DNA of 64,000 nt from Vicugna vicugna (GCA_013265495.1 MU058035.1:11175-75174); one strand, 5' to 3'. Shown: positions 1 through 13,039, numbered from the stretch's first letter. The notes: generated by a model from the sequence alone, not told the origin. Program-made: numbers and translations.

Positions 1-462
1 TGTGGACCTTTTAGGGTTTTCTATATATAGTAACATGTCATCAGCATATAATGACACTTTTACCTCTTCTTTTCCAATTTGGATCCCTTTTATTTCTTTC
101 TCTTGCCTGATTGCTGTGGCTAGGACTTCCAGGACTATGTTGAATAGGAGTGGTGATAGTGGGCATCCTTGTCTTGTCCCAGATTTTAGTGGGAAGCTTT
201 TGAGTTTTTCACCGTTGAGAACTATGCTGGCTGTAGGTTTGTCATATATAGCTTTTATTATGTTGAGATATGTTCCCTCTATACCCACTTTGGTGAGAGT
301 TTTTATCATAAATGGGTGTTGAATTTTATCAAATGCTTTTTCTGCATCAATTGAGATGATCATGTGGTTTTTGTCCTTTCTCTTGTTGATGTGATCTATT
401 ACATTGATTGATTTGCGTATGTTGAACCAGTCTTGTGTCCCTGGGATGAACCCACTTGGTCA
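1..462 (-). mobile_element. LINE-1 fragment, ORF2 reverse-transcriptase region, 5'-truncated near 462 and continuing past the left edge of the window
   Basis: Minus strand translates [52 protein letters not shown]...[21 protein letters not shown]...[15 protein letters not shown], typical of L1 ORF2p RT. The YADD motif is at 37-48. About 150 codons have no stop; there is an apparent 1-nt deletion near 450. Confidence 0.96.
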
Positions 463-759
463 GGAACGCTAGCCTATTGAGGTGAGCCACAAATGACCCA
501 GAAAAGGGTGGAGTGGGAGGGTAAGGAAGCAGGTGAGAGAGGATTTCATGGTAAAAATAAATCCAGGAAAAGCAGCATATTCCTTCCTGTGAACTAAAAG
601 GCCCACGAGCTTGTTAAAGGCCCCAAGGAGACTGTGTAACTTTGTTAAATTCAGCATTTTCCAGGCTATTGTACCCTTTACTGCACATCACTTGGTAATA
701 TGCTCCCTTCTCTCCAGGAACTAGTGTTCTTTGGAATGTTTTGGGAGATGACTTGCAAA

Positions 760-930
760 GCAGTAATGAAAGTGAACATTCATTTACTATACCCTACACG
801 AGCATCAGTGCTTTCTAACTCACGTATCCTCCCAGGAAGGCACTGTTCTGTGCCCATTTTACAGATTAGGAAACCAAGGCTCTGAGAGGTGGTCATTTTG
901 CAGATCATACCTTTAGTAGTTGGTAAACAG
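760..930 (-). mobile_element. MIR SINE remnant
   Basis: MIR core 'cccattttacagattaggaaaccaaggctctgagaggt' at about 853-890. Confidence 0.75.
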
Positions 931-1589
931 CATGCTGCTCCATCTTTCACACTCACAACCTTGTTGAATCCTTCTACAAATGACTGAACTTACAGGGTTT
1001 CCAAACTCTCAAAGCAATTGATCTTTCTGTTCACCACTATGCTAATCCTGGCCAGTAGGTAAACTATTGAAGTCAATCTTATGGAATATGTGGTTTTTAA
1101 ATGTGTAGCCTTTAAAGGGTTTAACTGTGTTACCAGGAGAAGTGGGTCTTTTCCATTTGTAGCGTCAGCACTCCCCATGGCCTTCTCGTCAGGAGCTCTG
1201 ACCCCCCTTTTCACCAAATACTCCCATATTTATACATCTGGCTTCAGGACCTTTCAGACACTCTGCAGTTGCTTCAAACTGGTTTTGTTTCTCTTATTCA
1301 TCCTGCCCCTACCCCTGAGTTTCTTCATCTGCTTCAATAAGGGCCCTGGCAACATCTGGGCTAGTTGTTATGGAGCACTAAGCTGGAGACCCAGCTCATA
1401 CATCCTCCTTCTGTGGTAGAAGGAATTTTTATTTCAACAAACCCCTCAGTGGTTCTAACGTGACTGTCCACCGAACACATGCCCTGTCTTAGTTTTCATT
1501 TGACCTCTGAGTATGAGGACATCGTTCCACCTGCCAAATGGGAACCATGGAGGAGGACCAATCAAGGTTGAGGCAAAACCAGATTTTCC

Positions 1590-1920
1590 CCCAGAGGGTT
1601 CAGCTGAAGAGATATGAGTGAAGGGGAGGTCTGGAGAGGTGTAGTCAGGGTGAGGAGAACCAGGAACACCGTTGAGGCAGCTAGGTGCTAGCAGCAGCAG
1701 GAAGCCAGAGGAGCTCGGGCGGCAGCTCGAGAGGCGCGGAGGAAGCACAGGGTAGAGGGCGGCAGCCATGGCCAGAGCTGAGGTGCTGCAGCTGAAGGGG
1801 AGCAGGGAAGAAACACCCCAACTTCTCTCTTTCCTACTATCTGACCTCCTGCTGGTGTCTCCCATTTGCTGAATTAAGCAAAAGCAGAGGTAACAACTTT
1901 CAGGAGTCACACAGCCAGGT
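1590..1920. mobile_element. Old ERVL/MaLR-class LTR remnant (family not assigned)
   Basis: 'ctgacctcctgctggtgtctcccatttgctgaattaagcaaaagcagagg' resembles a motif in ancient ERVL-type LTRs; the segment is GC-richer than its flanks. Confidence 0.45.
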
Positions 1921-2247
1921 AGCGAGACCAAAGAATGAATAGATCTAGTGGTAGGGTAGAAGTTGGGGACACCAAACAGTGAATAACCAGAAAACATTCA
2001 TTTGAAATATTAATTGAAATGAACGTTCATGGAAAGCCTACCATGGGCTTCACTTGTATCTCCCATGTTAGGGTATCACACGTGGCGGAGACCCAGTCTG
2101 TTTCAGAGAATCCACAGTCTAGAAAGGGGAGCCCCACTTGAAGAGATTAGTTCAGTGAAGTGTCACAGAGTAACTGTATCTTAGGAATTAAGCTGATAGC
2201 AATGATCCGAGATAACAGATCAATGGAAGCAGTAATCTGTTCTGTAG

Positions 2248-2445
2248 AGCAGAGGTCAGCAGAGACAGAGTAAATATTTCAGACTTAAGGGCCGTTAGGT
2301 CTCTGCCTCAACTCCACTGTTACAGCATGAAAGCAGACACAGACCATATGTCAGTGAAGGGGCATGGCTGTGTTACAATAAAACTTTATTTGTGAAAACA
2401 GGCTTCAGGCTGGATTTGGCTCGTAATTTGCCAATCCATGTTCTA
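2248..2445. mobile_element. MER58A-like hAT-Charlie non-autonomous DNA transposon
   Basis: 'gggcatggctgtgttacaataaaactttatttgtgaaaacaggc...ggctggatttggc' and 'agtaaatatttcagactt' match the MER58 pattern; length about 200 bp. Confidence 0.8.
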
Positions 2446-3477
2446 ACATAAAGCGTGTCACAGAAATATCTAAGAGATGCCCAGCACTGAGATCTGTAGC
2501 ACTGGTAACTTGGGATATGAGAGCACAGAATTATTACTGGAATTAATATATTAGTCACCAGCAGTTTGTTTATTGTGTCTTTTATGAGAAAAGGGAAGTA
2601 AGTTTGGATATTAGAGATTGGGGAAAGGAAGATACTTGCAGTGGAAATGATCTTCAGCAGATGATGGGCATTATGGGAAATGTGAATAAACCAGATTCTT
2701 CCTCATGTGTTACGTCAGCTTACCCACTACTAATGCTGTACAGAAGGAAGTAAAACAGCATATCCATATCATTGGCCTTCAGTGATGTTCTCCTACGGTG
2801 TGCTGTGAGAGCACATTAGAAGGTGCCAGAGTTTTTATACAACTGCATTGCTGTGAGATTGAATACTGGTTTCAGTTTCCATTAAGTTTCATAAGTATCT
2901 CTTTCCTTCAGATGTTAAACTAATTTTCGTGTTGTGCACACTAGGAAAAAAAAAGAAAGATAAAAAACATACCCCTTTTGAACAACTGATGTTCTCCTGT
3001 ATTGTGACAGAAAACAGACCAGACGGTCTGTGGACATGGCACCAGGTGAACTTAGAGCTCTTTACAGCAGGAGGGTAGATGTAACCTAGAGGAGAGGACT
3101 TTCACCAGGTTTTATAGTTGAAGCTTTTAATTTTTTTTTAACTTTGAATTGATTTTTATTAGTCACTAGAAACCAACGGTGGCAAGCAAGGATCTCTACT
3201 AAAATAATGACACAGGGTTGCTTTGCTACCTCTGGTCTTTGTTGGGGTTTTGGTTATTAGAACAATGATATAACAGCCCCATTAGGGGCTTTTTCTCCTT
3301 GTTTGTTCTATTCTGCCAGTTGTGTTTCTGAACTTTTTGAAGGGTCCTGGAATCCAGGACTGAAAGGCACCCTGGGGACTGTGCCAAGTACCCAGGGCAG
3401 CCTTAGCCATCCCAGCTGCCTCTTTGGACCCAGATTGTCTGACGCAACGATCTGCAGATTTCTTTCCTGGTGGACCC

Positions 3478-4011
3478 TCTAAGCTATGCCATACAATATG
3501 ATAGCCACTAGCCACGTGTGGCTATTAAGCCCTTGAAATACGGTTTGTTCAAGTTAAGAGATGCTGTGAATATAGAATACAGATTTTTAAACTTCATATG
3601 AAAAAATAATCTCATTAGTAATTCTTTATATTTCTCATGTGTTAAATTATGTTTTTAATGTATTGACTTAGATAAAATAATTTTTTTAAAAAATATACCC
3701 TAGAGAAACACTTGCACTTGTGCTATGACATAAGACAAGATGTTTTACATATATATAAATTTATATATATATAAGATCATTATTTTTGTACACCCTAAGT
3801 GATGTCACATGTCAACTATGTCAGTAAGAGGGGGGAGACTAGATTAGCTCTAGCTTCTTTCTATTGAAATGAATTATTATTCTAATGGTAAAAAGCTAGA
3901 GCTACAAAAGATAAAATAGATTATTAAAATTAACGTCACTTGCTTTCTTACATTTTAATGTTAATTACTTAGGTAGCTCACATTATGTTTCTATTGAATA
4001 GTGCTGCTCTA
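3478..4011. mobile_element. MER33/MER3-like hAT-Charlie element split by a 229-bp insertion (3680-3908)
   Basis: Left end 'atagccactagccacgtgtggctattaagcccttgaaat'; right end 'gtagctcacattatgtttctattgaatagtgctgctcta'. The insert is flanked by the direct repeat agataaaata (3670-3679 and 3909-3918). Confidence 0.75.
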
Positions 4012-5357
4012 AAAGATTTTTGAAAAACTGTATGTGTGCCTTTTCCCAGTTTTAAGTGGACATTTAGATTTTTTATCCATAAATTTGAGTTTTTTGTTAA
4101 CGGGAAGTAGAAGATGTTAAACATGATACAGAATGAAATAAGATGGTGATTGATGATAATTAGAATAATATTATATATCATTTGGTAAAAATCTTAAGTT
4201 TTAAAATCTGTATTTATTAGAGTACAACAGTTCTGATATAAATCATGTAAAATTTTTATCCTTAGGCTTTATCCAGTTTCTTTAAAAAAAAAAATCTGGT
4301 AGCCTTGCAGAACATTCCAGCTATATTTAAAGGGATCAGCATCATTAACGTTTATTACTCTGGCTTTTCTGAATTCAGAACATCTTAACACAGGCCAAAG
4401 TACTCTATTCCTACTGCCAAGCTTCTCCTTCAACAGCAATATGTGGAAAAGGGAAAGATCAAAGCCTATGATTTGTTGTGCCTTGATACATCAATGAAGG
4501 AGGGATCTCCAAAACCAGTATTTTGATTTGTCTCTTTAGTGTTCATAATAAGATGGGGGGTAGGAGGTGGTAGAGGAGATGGGCTGTATTGAACAAGGGT
4601 TCACTCTCAGACAGGTGAATTGAGTAGTGAGTGATCCAGATGTTGAGGGTCTGTCCCATGCCTGTGCAGGTTCTCCTAGGAAAGTCTTCCTGGACCCTCT
4701 GGGGAAGGGTTCACTGGTCTGAACACCCTGATTTCAGATGAGCCACTGGTAGAAGAAAGAGGTCTTTGCCCTCCTCTCCTTGTTAAACCACTCCAGAAGG
4801 ACTTCAGTAATATGAAAGAGAACAATGCAATCTGAACACCTCTTTGTCACCTTACGATGTGAGCTCCCAGATATCAGTGCAGTTGTTTGGAGATGGCTCA
4901 GCACTTTGAGGGTGGTCCACAAATTCCTCAAGTGGTGAAACTTTTTTTTTTTTAAGTACAAAAATGACTGCCTAAACTCATGCCCCTTTGTCTAAAAAGG
5001 GCTGCCAGCCAATGACTGCAGTACTAGTTGGTGATAACTTTCTCCAGATTCTTTCAGCCTTTTTGGAAGAGCTGCTGGTCCTGAGCCTAGAGTGAACTAA
5101 TGACATGACTGCGGGGACTCTTTGACAGGAGGTGTTGATTGCAGACTTTCATTGCAACACTGTCTATAGGCAATTACATTTGTCATTGCTCTCTCAAAGG
5201 TCTAGGGGGGATAACAAGAAATTAGGATACTGATTCTGTGCCCTCCAGGAGTTTTATTTCATTTTAGTTACTGGTTGGAGAGACATCTCTTCTCCTTTCA
5301 AGAAGCAATTAAGAGTGCATCCACATAGAAAACATAACCCTTGCCAGATAGTCCCCT

Positions 5358-6860
5358 CTTTTTTTATTGTGTAAAATATACACATATAACATTCACCACT
5401 GTAAACAATTTTAAGTGTACAATTCAGTGGCATTGAGTACATTCACAGGGTTGTACAAACATCACGACTGTCTATTTCCAGCTTTTTTTTCTTCCTAAAC
5501 AGAAACTCTGTACCCATTAAGCAGTCACTTCCCATTCCCTGCCCCTACACAGCCCCCAACCCCTGGCAACCTCTGTTTTACTCTCTGTAAGAATTTGCCT
5601 ATTCTAGATACCTCATATAAATAGAATCATACACTATTGGTCCTTTGACTTATTTCATTTAGCATAATGTTTTCAAGGTTCATCCACGTTATGGCATGTT
5701 ATCAAAACTTCGTTTCTTTCTATGGCTGAATAATATTCTGTTATATGCATAAACCACATTTTGTTTGTTTGTTCATCTGTTGTTGGACACTTGGGTCATT
5801 TCTACCTTTTGGCTCTTGTGAATAATACTGCTGTTAACATTGATTACAAGTATTTGAGTCTTTGTTTTCAATTCTTTGGGGGTATATACCTAGGAGTGGA
5901 ATTACTGAGTCATATGGTAATTCTATATGTAATTTTTAAAGGAACTTCCAGAATGTTTTCCACTGCAGCTGCACCATTTTACATTCTCACAAGCAATGTA
6001 TGAGGGTTCTAATTTCTCCATATCCTCACCAATACTTGGAATTTATTTTGTTTTTGTTTTTAAATAATAGCCATCCTAGTAGGTGTGAAGTAGTATCTCA
6101 CTGCAGTTTTAGTTTGCATTTCCCCAGTAACTAATGATATTGAGCAGTTTTTCATGTGCCATTTGTATAGCTTCTTTGAAGATATATCTATTCAAGTCCT
6201 TTGCCCATTTTTAAATTGAATAGTCTTTTTGTTGTTGTAGGAGCTCTTTGTATATACTGGATATTAATCCTTTAATCTGATACATGATTTGCAAATATTT
6301 TCTCCCATTCTGTGGGTTGTCTTTTCACTTTCCTGGTAGTGTCCTTTGGTGCAAAAAAAAGTTTCAAATTTTGATGAAGTTCAGTTTATCTGTTTTTTTG
6401 TTGTTTTCTTGTTGTTTCCTGCACTTTTGGTGTCCTGTGTAAGAAACCATTGTAAAATCCAAGGTCATGAAGGTTTCCACCTGTGTTTTGTAGTTTTAAC
6501 TCTTAAATTTGAGTCTTTAATCCATTTTGAGTCAGTTTTTGTATGTGGTACCATGTAAGGGTCCAAATGCATTCTTTACCTTTGGCCATCTAAGTTTCCC
6601 CACGCCCTTTGTTGAAAAGACTGTCCTCTCTCCATTGAATGACCTTTGCACCCTTGTTGTAAACCAGTTCACCACAGATTTGAAAGTTTATTTCTGGACT
6701 CTCTATTTGATCCCATTTGATCCTTATGTCAGAACCACTCTGCTTTGATGACTGTAGCTTTGTATTAAGTTTTGAAACAGGGAAGGGTGAGTCCTTCAGC
6801 TTTGTTCTTTCTCAAGATTAACTACCTGAGATCCCTTGAAATTCCATATAAATTTGCCAG
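5358..6860 (-). mobile_element. Old L1 (L1MA/L1MB-like) 3' fragment, antisense to ARID5B
   Basis: Reverse L1 3' end 'ttttaagtgtacaattcagtggcattgagtacattcac' and ORF2-end signatures 'tatacctaggagtggaattactgagtcatatggtaattcta' and 'tttgcaaatattttctcccattctgtgggttgtcttttcac'. Confidence 0.92.
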
Positions 6861-6861
6861 A

Positions 6862-7612
6862 TGTTCCCATCACACCCTCTAGGATGACCTTTAAAAAGAC
6901 AAACAGTAACAAGTGTTAGCCACAATGTGGAGATATCAGAACCCTCAAACACTACTGGAGAGAGCCATGTTGGAAAACAGTCTGGCAGTTCCTCAAAAGG
7001 TCAAACACAGAATTACCGTATGACCCAGCAAGTCCACTCCTGGGTATTTACACAAAAGAAATGAAAACATGTATCCATGTGAAAACTTTTACACAAATGT
7101 TGATAGCAGCAGTATCCATAATAGCCAAAAAGTGGAAACAACCCAAATGTCTCATCACCTGGTGAAATGGATAAATAAAATGTGGTATAACCATACAATG
7201 GAATATTATTCAGCAATAAAAGGAAATGCAATACTAATACCCTCTATAGTATGTAATGACCTTGAAAACATTAAGCTAAGTGAGAGAAGCCTGTCACAAA
7301 GAGCCACATATTGTATGATTCCATTTGTGTTAACTGTCCAGAATAGGCAAATCTATAGAGACAGAAAGGAGATGAGTGGTTTCCTAGAACTGATGAGGGG
7401 CAAAGAGGTGTGGGAGTGTGAGGGTTCAGTGTTTCTTTTGGGATAATGACAGTGTTCTAAATTTGATTATAGTGATGGATACATAATTTTGTGAATATAC
7501 TAAAAGCTTGTACATTTTAAATGGATGAATTATAATTTAATAATTCATCCATAAATGAATTAAATGGATGAATTATTCTGGTATGTGTATTATGTTTCAG
7601 TAATGCTATTAA
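6862..7612 (+). mobile_element. Old L1 (L1MB/L1MC-like) 3' fragment, sense orientation
   Basis: 'cagaattaccgtatgacccagcaagtccactcctgggtattta' and 'gaatattattcagcaataaaaggaaatg'. ORF 7069-7446 contains the L1 ORF2 C-terminal remnant WINKMWYNHTMEYYSAIK. Confidence 0.92.
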
Positions 7613-7795
7613 GGAAAAGGCAAGGGCCTGAATATATTATTTCGTACCTTTGTTATTTTACTGAATATAACAAACATCTTTGCATGACCTGAAATGTGCT
7701 TTAATTTTATTTTTAATGACCACATAATTTGAATAAAAGTAGCCATACCGTGATACAGTATTATTCCTAGATATAATACATATTCTGTTTTATAG

Positions 7796-7838
<43 letters not shown>

Positions 7839-7852
7839 ATGTATATATGTAT
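7796..7852. repeat. (TA)n(TG)n compound microsatellite
   Basis: Read directly: tatatatatgtgtgtgtgtgtgtgtgtgtgtgtatgtgtatgtatgtatatatgtata. Confidence 0.95.
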
Positions 7853-10800
7853 AGAATAACTTCAAAATGCTAGGCATTAAGGAATCAGTATTAGTCACTC
7901 TAACATTGTGTGGTGTTTAGTTTCCACACACACAGTTTTTTCTCCTGAAATAAACCATGTTGGAAATGATGAGAGATGAGATTTGGCCTGACCACTGTCA
8001 ACTACTTGTTAAATAATCATGTGTGTGAAAGTCATGACAGACAGTGATTAGGGATTTTGTTAAGGCACAAATCTGGGACTCTTTCTTACATGTTGAAAGA
8101 CTAATGTGAGGAATTTAGTCATTGAGCTATTGATCTGTCCAGTATCACACCTCAGTTAGGTTTATTTATGAGTTTGGGGGTTCTGGAAGCTCTCACGGAT
8201 GTCAGAGGTTTACATAGTTGCTGCAGGTATGGACTTGTGATTCATGCAGTGATGGTAGTGTAAGGAAAACTTGAAAAATAAAAAGCTGTGTAGATATTTC
8301 AAGGGGAAAGGTGGCAGAAGTTAATAATGATTTTTAAGACCAGTTGTACTAATAGTCACGCTTCCTTCTCTTATAGCAACTTTGACATGGTAACCACAGG
8401 GTTACCTCAGTAGTAGCTTCTTGTAAACCAGGAGAAGGTTAAGTTGACCTAAGTTCAAATCCCATATAATAGCCTCACCTGGGTCACTAGTAAATAAATA
8501 AATGCATAAATGAATCTCTGAAAAAACCTTTCACACAATTTTAGAGTAGGAGAAATTTTGTCTAAGCCCTGGCTTCTAGGCGTTCTCATGGGTTCTTTCT
8601 GTTTTCTTCTTCAGATACTGAAGCTCATTTATACTAAAAGTGAATGGTTGACTGTAGCTTAACAGTTAACCCTATGAAAGAGAGGCGAGTTAAGGTAGAT
8701 CAGGCCCCTTAGAATCACACCCCAAATGTGGTCACCGCTTTTACCTACGCGTCAGTCTGGCTTTGTGGTCTCATCAGAAGATACACCTATTGCATAATCC
8801 CTGTCTTGTGTGACATTTAAATTTGGCTGAGATGAGCCATATGGAAATTAGATGCAAAAGTCTCAAGATGAAATATTGTGTGGCTCTTGCATGTGGCTTA
8901 GAATTCAGTGACCATCTAGGGGACCCTTGGTGGTAGAGCTGGCTTTGCCTCCCAGGAGGTTCATTTGTTCCCCAGATGAAACAATAGCAGGGCAAAAGCT
9001 GATATTAACATATTAATACATATTTCTACATTTGTGTGTCCATCCATTTGAAGTGGTTTGCTTATGGAAGAGCTGGTTAAAACCCTGGGTTTTGCATTTG
9101 AAATATTCTTTATTCTGTTTGCAACCATGCACTGGTATACTTCCCCACATTTTCTTTTTATAAGTTCTCCAGTGATGTTTTGTTGCCTATCCTGAGAAGA
9201 TCTGTCTTTCCATTTATCAAAACAAGTGGCAAGCTGGGGACCATTTAAAATAGTTTTTTTTTTTAGTTAATAAAGCCAATCTTCTTGTTCTGTTATGTTA
9301 AAAGTACATTATCTTTTTATTGTCAGTTCTGTTTGGCTAGCTCTGTTTTCTGTCTTAGCAATCTCAGGGCTGCCCCACTTGCTTACTGTGTAGAAAATTA
9401 CAAAATCATTAAGGGTGGGGCAGCACCAGCTGACTTACAGTACAAACCATTTCTCAAAATAACCACAACAGTGCAATACTGATGTGCAATTTACGTCACA
9501 GTATGTTTTTATGAAATAGTTTGTGGCATTTTCACTTCTATTCCGGATGGAATCTTGTTCTCTCTCCCTTTTAATCAGTCATTTAATTTATTGTTATTAT
9601 TAATATTTTCCACTCCTTGTCTTGGCATGCCTCCAATTTAAGAGCTTTGATGAGGGAAAAAGAAAAACACAAACTGATCTTCCCCACCCTAGCTCTTCAA
9701 CATCAGTTTAACTGCAACTGTATTTTCCCCTTTGATGTGTACTGACTTCGGGTACTAAGTTGACTGCCTTAAGAAAAATTTAGAAATATGGTGGGACACA
9801 TGACACATTTACACAGAGTTGTAATCAGGAATTGATAAAGTTGATGTACAACTTTGAATTTTAAACACTTTCAACCAATTCAGGCTGTTTAGTTATATGC
9901 ACTACTGCATTTTCCTTTTGCAAATGTCTTTGTGTATAATGTCCTGTAATTAGAACAGGAAATCATTGAGTAACTGTAAGATGAATAAGAGCACTTAGAC
10001 TGAAAGGAAAATTACCTTCCGAGAAATTATATTCTTCTTTTTTTTTTTTTTCCTGCTTGTTACAATGTTGGTAATGATAGTAACAGCTGTAGCTACTCTT
10101 ATCTGTAGAATTTTCATGCTTAGGTTTTCTGGAATAAAAAATTTCATTTTCAGTAATAATCAAAAATGAATAGACAGAGAATAGGAAATGCCTAATTATG
10201 ACAAATATTCAGTGTCACAACAGAGCAGCAATTAAATGGAAACTTCAATATAATTGTCAATAGCAGTGAGAATTGGAATAGTGCCAGGTATATAAAGTTG
10301 ATGCTTTGCCGTTGGTTCGTTGCTAGGAGCACAGTGAAAAGTATAAAGCTTTGAGAAAGGAATGTCTAATGTAATAAAGTAAGAGAAAGACGCATAAATC
10401 ATTGTAAGAGCCTCTCATATTGACATGATTTTACTTAAATTGTCTCAAAACTAGACATCAAGTTTTATAATAAGCAAATTCATATTTGCTTGGGGAAGAA
10501 AAAAAGAGCACTGTAAATTGTCTTTGAAGGACTAGGGACATTGTGTCTCAAACAGAGCCTTCGTACATATTTGGAATCTTTTAAGTGAAAATCTTTAAAT
10601 GTTTGTTTCTATTGGCATCCAAATGCATTTGCCCTAATACGATTAAGAGAACTAAAGGGCAAAATACTTGGCAGATTTTTCAGTTGAGGTAATTAGGTGC
10701 AGGAAGGAACATGCATACTTTTTCCACCAGGCTCTATAAAATCCTGGTGTGAGGCTTTTTTTAAGTTTTTTTTTTTTTAAAGCTTACTGTGATGTTCAAA

Positions 10801-13039
10801 ATAGATTATAGTGGTTTTCAGTGAGCATAATAGTGTGATGTTTCCGAAACAAGCCTTCCCTCCTCCCCCGAGGATGAAAAAGAAAGTTACATTTCTAAAT
10901 TGTTGTGTAAGAGATAAAAGCAAATTTCTCCTCCGGAATTTATGTTTTCAGCCTTCTGTGCATTTGGCCACCATTATCTATTTTAAAAAATAGCATTATG
11001 GATATTTGAAAGTCAATGCTCCATTAATTCATTGTGTTTGCTATTTCATGCATCTCTCGTTTTACAAAGACAACTTGAGCAACGTGCTATTCAGAATGAA
11101 TGCCTGCTCTTACCCTCTCCTCCCACCCCTTCCCCACCCCCAGCTCAACGCTAAGGATTAAAGCAATGGTGTACAGTTACTGTTTGAAAAGCTTGGGTGG
11201 AGTCTCACGTTATAATTACAGTTTCTTAGTGGAATTTTTGTTTTGGACTTTGAGAATATATAAATAAGTGAAAAATTGACATGAGAGAGGTTAACAAAAC
11301 GTGTAATTATGATACAAGCACAGGATTAGAGTAATTTTGGTTGAGCATTACAACCAGTGTACTTTAGGTATTAACTTTTAATAAGCAAAGTTCTTTTCAT
11401 TGAAGTTGAAATGAGGTTTAGTAATTTGAGGGGGGGGTCTCTTATTCCCTCTGAATATTTCATTTTAAAATCAGCACATTGACTTTTTTTTTTTTTTTTG
11501 GTGGAGGGGTTACTTGAGAAATGGGAGATGACATTTTAATAGAATATCATGATGATGGTTTGAAATTTCAGTCTTTGGTATCAGCAATTTATTGCTGACC
11601 ATTTTCTGTGACAGAGATCAAAGTAATGTATATATAACCCAACCAACTACAACCCATTGGAGTGTGTTAGAGAAAGATTCCTTAGAGTTGTACTTTGATT
11701 TCTTTTCCTATATGGGTGTGGTTGAAAGAAAATCTTTGTTTCAGGAACACTTTGTTTGTCTTTTGTTAAACAAATGTGTGATTTATCCACTCCTTTATTC
11801 ATTCTTAGATTTATCTGCTAGACCTATTATGAATTGGAAAAGGGGAGGTGTCCTACACAGCATTTATTGTCTCCCTTGTTTCATGTGTAACTTTGCATAG
11901 GAGTGTTTGTTTATGTGTATATGAAATGCATAGGAGGAAAGAAGTAGCTGAGGAATTTAAATAAGAATTCCTGAAAGGGTTGTTTGGCTTTATTTGTTTC
12001 TTAGTGTACTAGGGCAAAATAAAATATGACGGCTGTTGAACAAGTTCATACTTTTGTAGCTGTTTCAGGAAGAAGTTAATTTAATGCAGAGGCTTAGGAG
12101 GAAGTTACAGGATCATAGAATTTTAGATCTGGAAAGTGCTTCCAAACTCATAATTTTGTACTCTGTCATACAGACCTTTTATGTTCAGGTGACTACACTT
12201 TGCCTTGAGAAAAAAATGTTTCTCCAGTTTAATAAACTTCTCTCTAAACTCCAAAGAAGCGACCCAGAGTATGTTCACTCAGTGCAACTTTGACCTAGAC
12301 GAATTGTTGATTCTTCCCACTCTCACCTTGACTGTGGATCTTCTCTTCACTCTCACCTAGTGTGCTTTGTTAACCTTTTCACAGGAGTCCTGGGGTCTCG
12401 TGGGCTTTCTCTGCTTTTTGTAAATAGTAAAACTGCTCCTCTGGGAATATCTCATTGTCAGGTTGGAAATTTGCCTCTGTCCAAACAGTGCCAAAATTCT
12501 GGTCCAAATGGATGGTTCTGTTCATAGTTAACAAAGTTATGGAGTTTTTTTGGCATCCCTAAGCACTGCCATATTAGAGCAGGTCCCAGCTGGCATCTAA
12601 CCTCTTAGTGAGGGTCAGGGTTCTACACTTGCACAAACTGGAGTTGACTTTATTTCTTATCACATGGGTAGGAGGTAGAAAGTTGATATACATGAAATGT
12701 GTGTCAATAATTTTAAAGCATTACAATGGGAATTACAGTCTTCTGGAATAAGAACATTCTAACTTAACCAGAGTCAAAGAATTCTGGCTTATAATTGGCT
12801 GAATTCTACGGTTCTCAATGAAACAGATGTCTCGTATTTTCCTTGATCAATGGCCACCATCCTCATTCCTAATATTGTAAATCAGTTTAAGCTCTAAAAC
12901 AACAGTAATATTTCCTTTGACATATTATTATTTTATTTCAACCACAGCCACATAGGAGAGGTAATCAAAGTATTAATTACCCCAAGAAGTATTATTATTA
13001 TTATTATTATTATGTGACATTTTGTAAAAATGAAAAGCT

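Noticed and set aside
2..322. 106-aa + strand ORF
   Set aside because: Antisense reading of L1 ORF2; the meaningful frame is on the minus strand.
1455..1997. Longest ORF in the track (180 aa, minus strand)
   Set aside because: Overlaps an LTR-like remnant, is S/P/L-biased and resembles no protein I recognise.
7069..7446. 125-aa ORF with WINKMWYNHTMEYYSAIK
   Set aside because: Decayed L1 ORF2 C-terminus, not a host gene.
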